This document shows, one piece after another, positions 17,578 to 27,517 of a stretch of 64,000 bases of DNA. Every line of letters begins with the position of its first letter. The stretch's first letter is position 1. This DNA is from a bacterium (lineage in GTDB: Bacteria; Patescibacteriota; Minisyncoccia; Sungbacterales; HO2-52-23), in contig JAUYPW010000013.1 of NCBI GenBank assembly GCA_030697525.1, positions 2,293-66,292 on the forward strand, given 5' to 3'. A program made the position numbers and the translations under genes. The notes under the pieces were generated by a model, which saw only the letters and a program-made list of their open reading frames with translations, had not been told where the DNA came from and did not search any database.

Positions 17578-18404
17578 ATAAGAAGGTTGCTGCTTGGTGG
17601 GATGATAATCCGTTTGTCTACAGCTTTGAGAAAAAAGAAGTTGCTCCGAATGTCGACTTTTTCAGAGAAGTTGATCGAAAGTTTATAAAGTGGACTCCGT
17701 GGGGACAAAGGGATATGCGGCCGCTGTCCGGGATGATTGATTATAATAAATTGCGGGATAAAAAGGTGCTGGATATTGCGGTGGGAACTGGATGGAGTAC
17801 GGAGCAGTTCGCAAGACACGGAGCTACAACCACAGCTATAGATATAAGTCCTAAAGCAATTGATCTTACTAAAAAAAGATTTAAGACTTTTGATTTGCCT
17901 GAACCGGAGGCTTTGGTGGCTGATGCGCAAAATATGCCTTTTGCGGACGGTACTTTTGATTTTGTTCTAGCCTGGGGGTGTCTTATGCATATGCCGGATA
18001 CAGAAAAAGCTATAAGAGAAATACACAGAGTGCTGAAACCAGGAGGCAGAATGGCGGCAATGATGTATAACAAGAATTCTCTTCATTGGTGGTATTACAT
18101 TTGGTTGAGCAAAGGAATTTTGAGAGGGAAACTGTTATCTATGAGTGCCCAACAATTAGCTAATCGCTATACTGACGGAGTTTATCAGGGAGGTAATCAA
18201 CTAACCAAGTTTTATAGCCGAAAAGACATTAAAAAAATGTTCTCAATGTTTAATTCTTGCAAAGTGCGGGTTTATGACACCACGACGCCGATTGATCACC
18301 TGCCACACCGCCGTGTTCCGATGGGGAGTATTTTGCCAATTAGATTTAAAAATTATTTAACTAAAAAACTGGGTCAAAGTTTATGGATAGAAGTTCAGAA
18401 ATAA
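17553..18404 (+). CDS. Class I SAM-dependent methyltransferase
   Basis: VLDIAVGTG, DAQNMPF.DGTFD and EIHRVLKPGG motifs; likely start ATG 17553. Confidence 0.85.
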   Translation: MEEKNENLNKKVAAWWDDNPFVYSFEKKEVAPNVDFFREVDRKFIKWTPWGQRDMRPLSGMIDYNKLRDKKVLDIAVGTGWSTEQFARHGATTTAIDISPKAIDLTKKRFKTFDLPEPEALVADAQNMPFADGTFDFVLAWGCLMHMPDTEKAIREIHRVLKPGGRMAAMMYNKNSLHWWYYIWLSKGILRGKLLSMSAQQLANRYTDGVYQGGNQLTKFYSRKDIKKMFSMFNSCKVRVYDTTTPIDHLPHRRVPMGSILPIRFKNYLTKKLGQSLWIEVQK

Positions 18405-19171
18405 AACAAGCTCTCTTAGGGGCTTATAAATTATTGGAGCCTTGGTCAAAACCTCACCTACATGAGCGTAATTATTATGAAAAAGTAATGCGCTACGCGG
18501 TGGGTTGCTGTCCGGACAGAGATGGTTATATTGCTGATCTGGGAAGCGGGGTTGGTGTGCTTCCGCTTGCCCTAAGACTTATGGGATATAAGGTGGACGG
18601 TTTTGAAAAATATGTTTTTTCGGATGCCGAAAGCCCAATGTTCAAAGTTGCTGATGTCACCAGTCTTAAAGAAGTATGGAACAAAAATGGGCTGGAGGTA
18701 TTTGATTGTGATGTCTTGGCCGTTCCGGGAGAAAATCTTAAAAATAAATATAATGTGGTTATAAACACAGCCTTGATTGAACACGTGAAGAACCCAAAAT
18801 TGCTGCTAGGCAATATGCGGCTGCTTCTTAAAGATGGCGGGCATATAATTACCATGACCCCCAATTTGGCGGTATTTTATAAAAGACTTAGGTTTTTATT
18901 AGGTTTGTCTCCGCACTGGAATGTGGCCGATTTTTTTAATTTAGGAGAGCTTGGTTTTACAGGACATTGGCGGGAATATACATCAAAGGAGTTATGCTGG
19001 GTTCATAAACAGGCCGGTTTTGAAATAATTAAAGCCAACAATTGTGATATTTTTCCTCTAACTGATAAGAAAAACCTACGCAACTTTATACACCTTTTCG
19101 CTCGTTATATATCATATCCAATAGCCAATAGTCGGGAAGCCAATATTGTTATTGGTAAGAAAAATGGATGA
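18383..19171 (+). CDS. Class I SAM-dependent methyltransferase
   Basis: ADLGSGVG, IEHVKNP, LLKDGG..I..TPN and H.REYT motifs. Confidence 0.8.
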   Translation: MDRSSEIKQALLGAYKLLEPWSKPHLHERNYYEKVMRYAVGCCPDRDGYIADLGSGVGVLPLALRLMGYKVDGFEKYVFSDAESPMFKVADVTSLKEVWNKNGLEVFDCDVLAVPGENLKNKYNVVINTALIEHVKNPKLLLGNMRLLLKDGGHIITMTPNLAVFYKRLRFLLGLSPHWNVADFFNLGELGFTGHWREYTSKELCWVHKQAGFEIIKANNCDIFPLTDKKNLRNFIHLFARYISYPIANSREANIVIGKKNG

Positions 19172-20309
19172 AAAACTAAACATACTATATGTCGCCAATA
19201 GCAGAATTCCAACCGAAAAAGCCCATGGCAAACAAATAGCCGAAACTTGCCAGGCCCTAGCAGACAAAGGCTGTAATATACTTTTACTATTGCCGGCAAG
19301 AAAAAATTATATCACGGAGAATATTTTTGATTTTTATGGACTGCGTAGAAATTTCGCTGTTAAAAAGTTAACCTGCCTAGATCTTTTATTTTTACCTTTC
19401 GGTAAGTCCCTTTTCTTCTTTATCCAATCTGTGACATTCGCCCTGTCGACAATCTTTTTTTGTTTATGGACAAATAAAAAGTTCGACATCGTCTATACCA
19501 GAGATTTACTTTTGGCAGGTCTCCTTTCCTTTGGTAGGAGGGCAATCTTTGTTGAGATACACGATTTTCCGGCTAAATCAACTTTTATTCATCACATGAT
19601 GTGGCGAAAAGTAAAAGGCATAATTGTTATTAGCCAGGGCCTTAAAGAAGAGTTGGTTAAGCAGGGTATTACTGATGAAAAAATTCTGGTTGCCCGAGAC
19701 GGGGTAAGATTAGAGGAATTTGATATTGATATATCAAGAAAAGAGGCACGATTACGGCTTAACCTCGATCTTTATAAAAAGATTGTTCTATACACGGGCC
19801 ACCTTTATGACTGGAAGGGGGCTGATCTGCTTGCTGAGGCAGCCACAAATATGTCGCTGGATGTCCGGATTTATATTGTAGGAGGCACGGCTGAAGATGT
19901 TACTAATTTTAAAAGAAAATTTAAGGCCCCAAACTTATTTATTGTTGGCCACAGACCTCCTCAAGAAATTCCCATATGGCTCAAGGCAGCTGACTTGCTT
20001 GTACTTCCAAACAGGGCTGACAAAAAAATATCTTCTCACTATACTTCCCCACTCAAGCTTTTTGAATATATGGCGTCAGACACGCCAATGATTGTGTCTG
20101 ATCTGCCTTCTCTGCGAGAGGTTGTAGGTGACAATGAGGCTGTTTTTTTTACACCCGGCAACAAGAACGATTTGACACAAAAGATTATAACCGGCATAAA
20201 TAATAAAGAATCCTTGACGGCCGGCGCGCGCTTGGTGCAAACTACGGTTAGGCAATACAGTTGGGAAAACCGAAGCAAACTTATAAAGAAATTTATATTA
20301 GATCAATAA
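19164..20309 (+). CDS. GT4 glycosyltransferase
   Basis: RIPTEKAHG, YTGHLY.WKG and TSPLKLFEYMAS motifs; likely start ATG 19164. Confidence 0.9.
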   Translation: MDEKLNILYVANSRIPTEKAHGKQIAETCQALADKGCNILLLLPARKNYITENIFDFYGLRRNFAVKKLTCLDLLFLPFGKSLFFFIQSVTFALSTIFFCLWTNKKFDIVYTRDLLLAGLLSFGRRAIFVEIHDFPAKSTFIHHMMWRKVKGIIVISQGLKEELVKQGITDEKILVARDGVRLEEFDIDISRKEARLRLNLDLYKKIVLYTGHLYDWKGADLLAEAATNMSLDVRIYIVGGTAEDVTNFKRKFKAPNLFIVGHRPPQEIPIWLKAADLLVLPNRADKKISSHYTSPLKLFEYMASDTPMIVSDLPSLREVVGDNEAVFFTPGNKNDLTQKIITGINNKESLTAGARLVQTTVRQYSWENRSKLIKKFILDQ

Positions 20310-20310
20310 C

Positions 20311-21027
20311 ATGCTATCATCTGTTTATCCAATCTCACGCGAGAAAGAAGATACTTATTGGTATTCTGCCGGTATGCGAAAACACATGAGTAGATTCTGT
20401 GGTAGATATGTTCGTGGCAAGATACTAGAAATTGGCTGCGGTACTGGGGGAAACATCCCGCTTTTAAAACAATACGGGCAGTATTACGGTGTGGATATAA
20501 ATATGGATGCGGTGGAACTGGCGCGTGGACGAGACTACAGTCTTACTATTACACAGGGTAATGTTGCCAGTCTGCCATACCCCGATCAATTTTTTGACAC
20601 GGTGTATTGCACCGATGTTTTATATCATCAATGGGTAAACAGTCCGGCCGTAGCGTTGCAAGAAATAAAACGAGTCCTAAAAAGCGGCGGTTTATTTGTT
20701 GTACGCGAAGCTGCCTATAATTGGTTGCGCTCCCGACACGATGATGCGGTTATGACCGGACGAAGATTTACTAAACAGTCGCTTGTTCGTCAGTTGGAGA
20801 AAGCCGATTTTTTTGTTTTGGAAGAAAGATATTTAAATTCGTTTATCTTGCCATTTGCTATTGCCGAGAGATTATTGCACAAATGGTATCAGGGAGATTC
20901 GGCAAAGGGCTTTATGGACACAACGCCATTTGATAGGTTGTTTGTGTTACTAATGACCTTGGAAAGGAAATTAGGCATTAAAATGCCTTTTGGTTTAGCT
21001 GTGGTGGCGGTGGCGAAAACAAAATAA
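20311..21027 (+). CDS. Class I SAM-dependent methyltransferase
   Basis: ILEIGCGTGG, LPYPDQFFD and EIKRVLKSGG motifs. Confidence 0.85.
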   Translation: MLSSVYPISREKEDTYWYSAGMRKHMSRFCGRYVRGKILEIGCGTGGNIPLLKQYGQYYGVDINMDAVELARGRDYSLTITQGNVASLPYPDQFFDTVYCTDVLYHQWVNSPAVALQEIKRVLKSGGLFVVREAAYNWLRSRHDDAVMTGRRFTKQSLVRQLEKADFFVLEERYLNSFILPFAIAERLLHKWYQGDSAKGFMDTTPFDRLFVLLMTLERKLGIKMPFGLAVVAVAKTK

Positions 21028-21052
21028 TAACTTTTGTTTTTATAAAAAAATA

Positions 21053-21082
21053 GTGACAAGTTTAGTACAAATAGAGTATTAT
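21053..21082 (+). promoter_or_regulatory. Sigma70-type promoter, near-duplicate of the one at 22751
   Basis: GTGACA-N18-TATTAT; shares AGTGACAAGTTTAG with 22750-22763. Confidence 0.55.
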
Positions 21083-21150
21083 ATATATGGTGTGTGTTGA
21101 ATAACAACAATTTCTAAAATCTTGTCAGTGCTAGAGAAAAGGAGGTAGTT

Positions 21151-22710
21151 ATGCGGACACCGAAAGTTCTTTTTATTTACCCACCGATACAGCTTACGGA
21201 TATAGAAACCCCTCGTCCTGATGGGTCACTAGGACCTCTTTACTTGGCTGGAGCTTTGCGAGAAATAGGAATTGAAGCAGACATAATAGACGCCAGCGTC
21301 GGCACTCCGGAAGATGATGTAAAAGATACTTTCCATAGAAGCGTATCACAGGAAAACGGTTTGATCCGTATTGGTATGTCTTGGGAACGTATAGAAGAGG
21401 TTCTGGGACAAAGGAATTATGATATTATAGGTATACATTCCAATTTTACTCCCCAGACCCGAATGGTTCTGAAGGTTGCCGAAATAGCCAAAAAAATCAA
21501 CCCGGAGACTTTAGTTATATCTGGCGGAGTAAACGCCCGTGCTATACCTAAATATCTTTTCCGCGATGGACTCGTGGATCTTGTCTGCACCACGGAAGGT
21601 GAAAAAGTAATGGTAGATATCGTTAATGGATGGACGAGAGACCAATCCATTAAAGGGTTGCAGGGAATACCCGGAACAATTTGCAGAAAAAGCGAAAGAA
21701 AGAATGCCGAAATTTTAGCTACTCCTCTGGGACTAAACACCGTGACTTCTGATTTGGATAAACTTCCCATTCCGGCTTGGGATAAACTGCCGTTTGAAAA
21801 GTACGATCAAATATCCGCAACCCCAGGAATATCCTTGATTGGCCATAACTTGCGCCACGCATCCATGATGACTTCCCGCGGTTGCCCTTTCCGCTGTCTT
21901 TATTGCCACATCTCCAGAGAAAAAGGAGATGGACTGGAAGATACTGGCGACATCGGTTCTTATCGCGTAAAATCGGTTGATAGGGTGTTTAAAGAAATAG
22001 AAATTCTTAAACATCTGGGGGTAAAAAGAGTTTTTCTAGAAGACGATAGTTTGCTTGCCAAGAAAAGCAGAGTGAAAGAAATTTTTAACGGCCTGCTGGG
22101 TGCTGGTCTTACCATGTTGGGAATAAATGGAGTAAATCTTGTACATTTTTTCCAAAGAAATAATGTAGGCAAGCTTGTGCCGGATGAAGACTATATGCAG
22201 CTCCTACAATCTTCCGGCTTTGGCCAAATTGTCTTTCCAATTGAGTCGGGTTCCCAAAGGATTCTGGATAAGTATGCTACCGCCAAATTAAAACTACCCA
22301 TAATGGATGTGGTGGGGCTAGTACAAGTCGCCAAGAAGGTTGGGATAGTCTGTCCCATAAATATGATGATTGGATTTCCGGATGAGAGCGAAGAGGAGAT
22401 GCTAATGTCAGTTGATCTTGCGCGTAAGTTGATTGATGCCGGAGCTCCTTACGTTACTTTCTTCATTCCTATCCCTTTCCCCGGATGCGATCTTTATGAT
22501 ATTGCTCTTGCGGGAGGGTATCTTAATCAAGAGTTTGACCCGGATATTTTCAATTGGAAGAAGCCGGTTATGGAAAACACCGTTGTCGCTCCGCAAAGGA
22601 TAGAAGAAATACGCGAGTGGGCTCAAGGAACTGTAAACACCAAAGAACACGTTGCCAATAGAATAAAAGAAAGCGCTGGAGCCAGAAGATGGGACTCCAA
22701 CGATTTATAA
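21151..22710 (+). CDS. Cobalamin-binding radical SAM protein (class B methyltransferase-like)
   Basis: N-terminal B12-binding fold (LGPLYLAG.L, SGGVNA, EGE); TSRGCPFRCLYC (CxxxCxxC); IESGSQRIL; strong SD AAGGAGGT. Confidence 0.85.
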   Translation: MRTPKVLFIYPPIQLTDIETPRPDGSLGPLYLAGALREIGIEADIIDASVGTPEDDVKDTFHRSVSQENGLIRIGMSWERIEEVLGQRNYDIIGIHSNFTPQTRMVLKVAEIAKKINPETLVISGGVNARAIPKYLFRDGLVDLVCTTEGEKVMVDIVNGWTRDQSIKGLQGIPGTICRKSERKNAEILATPLGLNTVTSDLDKLPIPAWDKLPFEKYDQISATPGISLIGHNLRHASMMTSRGCPFRCLYCHISREKGDGLEDTGDIGSYRVKSVDRVFKEIEILKHLGVKRVFLEDDSLLAKKSRVKEIFNGLLGAGLTMLGINGVNLVHFFQRNNVGKLVPDEDYMQLLQSSGFGQIVFPIESGSQRILDKYATAKLKLPIMDVVGLVQVAKKVGIVCPINMMIGFPDESEEEMLMSVDLARKLIDAGAPYVTFFIPIPFPGCDLYDIALAGGYLNQEFDPDIFNWKKPVMENTVVAPQRIEEIREWAQGTVNTKEHVANRIKESAGARRWDSNDL

Positions 22711-22715
22711 CCCAA

Positions 22716-22740
22716 TGAGGACCTCGGTCCTCATTTTTTA
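22716..22740 (+). terminator. Intrinsic terminator
   Basis: ATGAGGACC-TC-GGTCCTCAT followed by TTTT. Confidence 0.7.
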
Positions 22741-22750
22741 AAAGAAAACA

Positions 22751-22780
22751 GTGACAAGTTTAGCATAAACTAGGTAGTAT
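22751..22780 (+). promoter_or_regulatory. Promoter for a leaderless gmhA transcript
   Basis: GTGACA-N18-TAGTAT with ATG 5 nt downstream and no SD. Confidence 0.55.
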
Positions 22781-22785
22781 ATATT

Positions 22786-23421
22786 ATGAATAACAATAAT
22801 TCCTATGCTGAATCGTTTCTCCAGCAAATAAACGAGATTAGCACAGTTTTGAAGGTCTTATATGGCGCTAAGCTGGATCAGGCTGTAAACCTGCTTTTTG
22901 ATGCTTGGCGAGATGGTAGGTGGGTGTATATCATGGGTAACGGCGGTTCGGCCTCAACGGCCACGCATTTTGCCTCGGATTTGGCTAAAACGATTTGTGA
23001 TACCCCACAAGATTCAGGGCTAAAAGCCCTAGCTTTGGTTGATAATATTCCTCTGGTTAGCGCCCTGACCAATGATTGGGGTTGGGACAATCTTTATCTC
23101 AATCAATTAAAAAATTTTTATGTCCCCGGGGGCGTAGGTATTGGTATTAGTGTTCATGGGGGAAGCGGCAAAGAAATTGCTGGCCAGTGGTCGCAAAATC
23201 TGTTACGAGGACTGCAATTTATAAAAGACAAAGGCGGCAAGACCATAGGGTTAAGTGGTTTTGACGGCGGACCGATGAAAGATTTGGTAGATATCGGTAT
23301 TGTGGTGCCAGCCAATTCAACCCCGGTTGTAGAGGGCATGCATGTTGTTTTACACCACCTGCTAGTATTTGGCCTTAAAGAAAAAATTAATGAACACAAG
23401 AAAAATAGCCCTATTTATTGA
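22786..23421 (+). CDS. gmhA: Sedoheptulose-7-phosphate isomerase (SIS domain)
   Basis: GNGGSASTATHFASDL, ALTND.GW, G.SGFDGG and VEG.H..L.H motifs. Confidence 0.8.
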   Translation: MNNNNSYAESFLQQINEISTVLKVLYGAKLDQAVNLLFDAWRDGRWVYIMGNGGSASTATHFASDLAKTICDTPQDSGLKALALVDNIPLVSALTNDWGWDNLYLNQLKNFYVPGGVGIGISVHGGSGKEIAGQWSQNLLRGLQFIKDKGGKTIGLSGFDGGPMKDLVDIGIVVPANSTPVVEGMHVVLHHLLVFGLKEKINEHKKNSPIY

Positions 23422-23944
23422 CCGAGACGGGGTAATCAATGATACGGTTGATAGAGGCGAAGTTTTTTTTGTAAAAGGAAAGAAAGTGCGCTGGACAGCT
23501 CCTTTTAATCGCGAAGAATTTAAATTTAAACCCGGCGTGCATAATGCTCTGGCGGCAACAAAATCCTTAGGCTATATGAATATTTTAGTTACCAACCAGC
23601 CCGACGTTGGCTATGGCAATATGACCGTAGAAGAACATGACCACATGATGTTTCTGGTCAGACAACTGCCCTTGGATGATATTTATATATGTCTGCATAC
23701 CAGGTTTGATACTTGCGGTTGTAAAAAACCACTGCCGGGCATGATCACGGAAGCTGCTATAAAATGGGATATTGATTTGCCGCGCTCATTTGTGGTGGGG
23801 GATACCGCAAATGATGTGGGCGCTGGTAAGGCTGCTGGTTGCCGGACTATAATTTTAGATCATCCGTATAATCAAGATGTTGCGACTGATGTTAGATTAT
23901 TTGATTTGCAAGAGCTAGTAAGGTTTTTATCCAGAACACGCTAA
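23390..23944 (+). CDS. gmhB: D,D-heptose 1,7-bisphosphate phosphatase (HAD IIIA)
   Basis: FIDRDGVIN, VTNQPD, C.H....C.C.KP.PGM and VGD...DV.AG..AG motifs; likely start ATG 23390. Confidence 0.85.
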   Translation: MNTRKIALFIDRDGVINDTVDRGEVFFVKGKKVRWTAPFNREEFKFKPGVHNALAATKSLGYMNILVTNQPDVGYGNMTVEEHDHMMFLVRQLPLDDIYICLHTRFDTCGCKKPLPGMITEAAIKWDIDLPRSFVVGDTANDVGAGKAAGCRTIILDHPYNQDVATDVRLFDLQELVRFLSRTR

Positions 23945-24044
23945 TTAAAAAGCCAATCTTTACCACAGAGATTGGTCCTGTTTTTTATCATAAGGTCGCT
24001 ATAAAAATGTACAAAATTGTTATAAATTGTTTAATAAAAAAATT

Positions 24045-24779
24045 ATGAAAATTTTTATTGATAGCGCCAATTTAACCGATATAGAAGAAGGTCTCAAACG
24101 CGGTTTTGCTCAAGGAGTGACCACCAACCCCTCGCTTCTGGCCAAAGAACCCAAATCCTCGTTTGAGGAACATGTAAAAAAGATAGTTGAACTGATAAAT
24201 CGATATCAGCCCGGGATGAGTTTAAGCATAGAAGTATTTTCAAAAGATCCGTCAGAAATACTTTCCCAAGCTCAGAGATTTGTAAAAGATTTTTCTTATC
24301 CCCAGCTAAGCATAAAAGTTCAGATCGGCTGGAACGAATTAGAAACTATAGCTAAGTTAAGCAAAATGGGAATTTCTGTTAATTGTACGGCGTGTATGAG
24401 CGTGACTCAAGCAGTAATGGCGGCGCGCGCCGGCGCCAAATATGTCAGTATTTTTTGGGGGCGTATACGGGACGGGGGTACAGAGCTGGAAACTGCTGCC
24501 CAACGAAATCATTTAAAAAGCAAAAAAACCTTTGATGATAAAGATTTTGACCCCGAATTTGTTGTCAACTCAACCAGAAAAATATTGGATAACGACAAGG
24601 TAGAGTCAGAAATAATAGTCGGCAGCATAAGAAGCCTTACGGATATCAGAGACGCGGGGATAGCCGGGGCTCATATAGTTACCATACCACCCAAGTTTTT
24701 CCCGGATATGACAAGTCATTTCAAAACCGACCAGGTGGTTAACCAATTTTTAAATGACTTTAAGAGCTGGCTAAGCTAA
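24045..24779 (+). CDS. tal: Transaldolase (TalC/FSA family)
   Basis: IDSAN, GVTTNPSLL, SIEV (Glu), Schiff-base Lys in IKV, YVSIFWGR (Phe), TIPP. The Glu/Phe pair favours transaldolase over FSA. Confidence 0.85.
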   Translation: MKIFIDSANLTDIEEGLKRGFAQGVTTNPSLLAKEPKSSFEEHVKKIVELINRYQPGMSLSIEVFSKDPSEILSQAQRFVKDFSYPQLSIKVQIGWNELETIAKLSKMGISVNCTACMSVTQAVMAARAGAKYVSIFWGRIRDGGTELETAAQRNHLKSKKTFDDKDFDPEFVVNSTRKILDNDKVESEIIVGSIRSLTDIRDAGIAGAHIVTIPPKFFPDMTSHFKTDQVVNQFLNDFKSWLS

Positions 24780-24796
24780 AATTTATAAAGCTGTTG

Positions 24797-25903
24797 ATGA
24801 AAATTGAATTAGTGAATTTAAAAAGGCAATACAACCTGCATCGGAAAAAAATATCTTCTGCTGTTTTGAGAGTTCTTGGCAGTGGGAGATATATTCTGGG
24901 TTCTGAAGTAGAAAAATTTGAACGCGAGTTTGCTGATTTCTGTAGGGCCAAACATTGTATAGGTGTTGCTTCCGGCACAGACGCCCTGCACTTATCGCTA
25001 AAAGCTCTGGGAATCAAAAATGGCGATGAGATTATAACCGTCCCAAACTCTTTTGTCGCCACTGCTATGAGCATTTCCATGGTTGGCGCAAAACCTGTTT
25101 TTGTTGATATAGATCCAGAAACCTGCAATATGGATGTGAAGAAGATTACGGACAAGATTACGGCTAAAACCAAAGCTATTATCCCTGTACATCTTTACGG
25201 ACAGCCGGCGGATATGGACTCTATTTTAAAAATAGCGCGCAGACATAATCTGAAGATTATAGAAGACGCATGTCAAGCGCATGGCGCGCTATATAAAGGA
25301 AGGCGCGTAGGAACCCTAGGCGATATAGGAGCCTTTAGTTTTTATCCCAGTAAAAATTTGGGAGGATACGGGGATGGTGGTGCAGTAGTGACCAACAATG
25401 ATGAACTGGCAAAAAAAATCTTTTTATACAGAGTTTATGGCGGAAAGGATAGACATACTTATTTAGCACAGGGGTTGAATTCCAGGCTGGATGCCGTACA
25501 GGCCGCTGTCTTAAGGATCAAATTGAAGCATCTTGACCGATGGAACAAGCAAAGAGCGGCCAAGGTAAAAATGTATGATACTTTGCTCAAAAAAATGCCA
25601 ATAAAGACCATCTCGACCCAGCCTTATACACAATCAGTTCATCACCTCTACGTAATAAGAACCGCACACAGAGACAGCTTGAGAGAATATCTTGCGCATA
25701 AGGGAATTAGCACAGAAATCCATTATCCGGTTCCAATTCATCTTCAACCGTTATATAAAAATCTGGGGTATAGAATAGGAAATTTACCTGTTGCTGAAAC
25801 TGCCGCCAACGAGATTATATCTTTGCCCATATTTCCTGAGATGGAAAATAAAGAAATCAAATATATTACCGATATAATTAGAGAATTTTTCCAAAAACCA
25901 TGA
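24797..25903 (+). CDS. DegT/DnrJ/EryC1/StrS sugar aminotransferase
   Basis: SGTDAL, VHLYGQ, EDACQAHGA, SFYPSKNLG.YGDGG (PLP Lys) and NSRLD motifs. Confidence 0.9.
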   Translation: MKIELVNLKRQYNLHRKKISSAVLRVLGSGRYILGSEVEKFEREFADFCRAKHCIGVASGTDALHLSLKALGIKNGDEIITVPNSFVATAMSISMVGAKPVFVDIDPETCNMDVKKITDKITAKTKAIIPVHLYGQPADMDSILKIARRHNLKIIEDACQAHGALYKGRRVGTLGDIGAFSFYPSKNLGGYGDGGAVVTNNDELAKKIFLYRVYGGKDRHTYLAQGLNSRLDAVQAAVLRIKLKHLDRWNKQRAAKVKMYDTLLKKMPIKTISTQPYTQSVHHLYVIRTAHRDSLREYLAHKGISTEIHYPVPIHLQPLYKNLGYRIGNLPVAETAANEIISLPIFPEMENKEIKYITDIIREFFQKP

Positions 25904-26577
25904 AAGCCGTAATTTTAGCTGCAGGGAGGGGAAAAAGAATGGGTCCTCTTACTCGTCACACCCCCAAACCCTTATTAGCCGTTGAGGGTAAACCTTTATT
26001 GGATTGTATTTTAAGCACACTTCCTTTGGATATAGATGAAGTTATTATTGTTGTGGGTTATTTGGGAGAGAAGATAATTAAACGGTATGGGGAACTTTAT
26101 TTTGGCAAAAAAATATCTTATGTGTATCAGAAAAAATTAAACGGAACTGCCCAAGCCCTTTTTCTAACCAAAAGATTTTTTAACAAAAACAAAGAACGTT
26201 TCGCCGTGATTTATGGAGATGAATTGCCAACCAAACGGCAAATGGAAAAATGCTTGTCATATAAATACAGCTGGTTGTGTCGGAAAACAAAAGACCCAAG
26301 CCAATCCGGCATAGCTACCTTGTCCAATAAGGGATACATAATAGACGCAGTGGAGAAACCAAAACACAGTAAGACCAACCTGGCGGTTGCCGGTCTTATG
26401 GTTATAGACACAGACATATTTAATTATAAAATGACCAAACACGAAAACAGTGAATATTATCTCGCCTCAGTTATGCAGGGGTTCGTAAAAGAACACAAAG
26501 TTTATCCTGTAAAAGGAGACCATTATGTTGATTTTGGTTCACCCGAAGATTTAAAAAGGAGTAATAACAATAAATAA
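25900..26577 (+). CDS. Sugar-1-phosphate nucleotidyltransferase (candidate HddC-like)
   Basis: AVILAAGRGKRM.PLT..TPKPLL, GTA.A, YGD and VEKP motifs. Confidence 0.8.
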   Translation: MKAVILAAGRGKRMGPLTRHTPKPLLAVEGKPLLDCILSTLPLDIDEVIIVVGYLGEKIIKRYGELYFGKKISYVYQKKLNGTAQALFLTKRFFNKNKERFAVIYGDELPTKRQMEKCLSYKYSWLCRKTKDPSQSGIATLSNKGYIIDAVEKPKHSKTNLAVAGLMVIDTDIFNYKMTKHENSEYYLASVMQGFVKEHKVYPVKGDHYVDFGSPEDLKRSNNNK

Positions 26578-26578
26578 C

Positions 26579-27517
26579 ATGATATCTATTGTAATACCCG
26601 TTTATAACGAAGAAGCGACTCTAAGAGAACTACACCAGCGCGTAGTGGAAGTCATGCTGAAACAAAATGACAGCTACGAAATAATTTTTATAAACGACGG
26701 TTCGACAGACAGAACTTATGAAGTGGCTAAAGATTTACGGCCTCTTAAAATGATTACACTGCAGAGGAATTACGGAGATACGCCAGCCCTCGATGTGGGC
26801 ATACAGGAGGCAAAAGGAGATATTATAATTTTTATGGATGCGGATCTGCAAGATGATCCGGGAGAATTGATTAAAATGCTACATAAACTTTCTGAAGGTT
26901 GTGACGTAATAGTCAGCTGGCGCAGAAAAAGGTATGATAGACCGTCTCGTATTATTTTTTCTCGTTTTGCCAATATGATTGTAAGTTATGTTCTCGGAGT
27001 AAATATACATGACTTTGGCTGCGGTTTAAAAATATATAAAAGTAAATTTATAAAAGATTTTAGATTATGGGGTGAGGCTCAGGTTTTTTTACCAGCTATT
27101 GCCAAAGAAAGAGGGGCAAGGATATGCGAGGTTGAAATAAGCCACTATCCGAGAAAGTACGGTAGTTCAAAGATCAAGATATCCAAAATGATAAAAGGAG
27201 GTTTCGATTTAATCAGTGTGGCTTTTTTTATAAAATATTTTTCTAAACCACTTAGATTTTTCGGGGGATGGGGCTTGTTCTCAATTGTTCTGTCGTTCAC
27301 TGCCTTTATTTCCTCTCTTTTGTTGCGTATATATAATACGCCCCTTACTACGACTCCTCTTCCTACAGTAGGCACCCTTTTTGCCTTAACCGGCGTTATA
27401 CTTTTTATGTTAGGCTTATTGGCGGAGATCGTGCTAAGGAACTATTACGCGGTAGTAGGTCGGTCCCCTTATTTTATTCGCGAAATCATAGACAATGGTC
27501 GGAGTGTTAAAGAATAA
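26579..27517 (+). CDS. GT2 polyprenol-phosphate glycosyltransferase (GtrB/ArnC-like)
   Basis: SIVIPVYNEE, NDGSTD, MDADLQDDP and HDFGCGLK motifs; two C-terminal TM helices. Confidence 0.9.
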   Translation: MISIVIPVYNEEATLRELHQRVVEVMLKQNDSYEIIFINDGSTDRTYEVAKDLRPLKMITLQRNYGDTPALDVGIQEAKGDIIIFMDADLQDDPGELIKMLHKLSEGCDVIVSWRRKRYDRPSRIIFSRFANMIVSYVLGVNIHDFGCGLKIYKSKFIKDFRLWGEAQVFLPAIAKERGARICEVEISHYPRKYGSSKIKISKMIKGGFDLISVAFFIKYFSKPLRFFGGWGLFSIVLSFTAFISSLLLRIYNTPLTTTPLPTVGTLFALTGVILFMLGLLAEIVLRNYYAVVGRSPYFIREIIDNGRSVKE

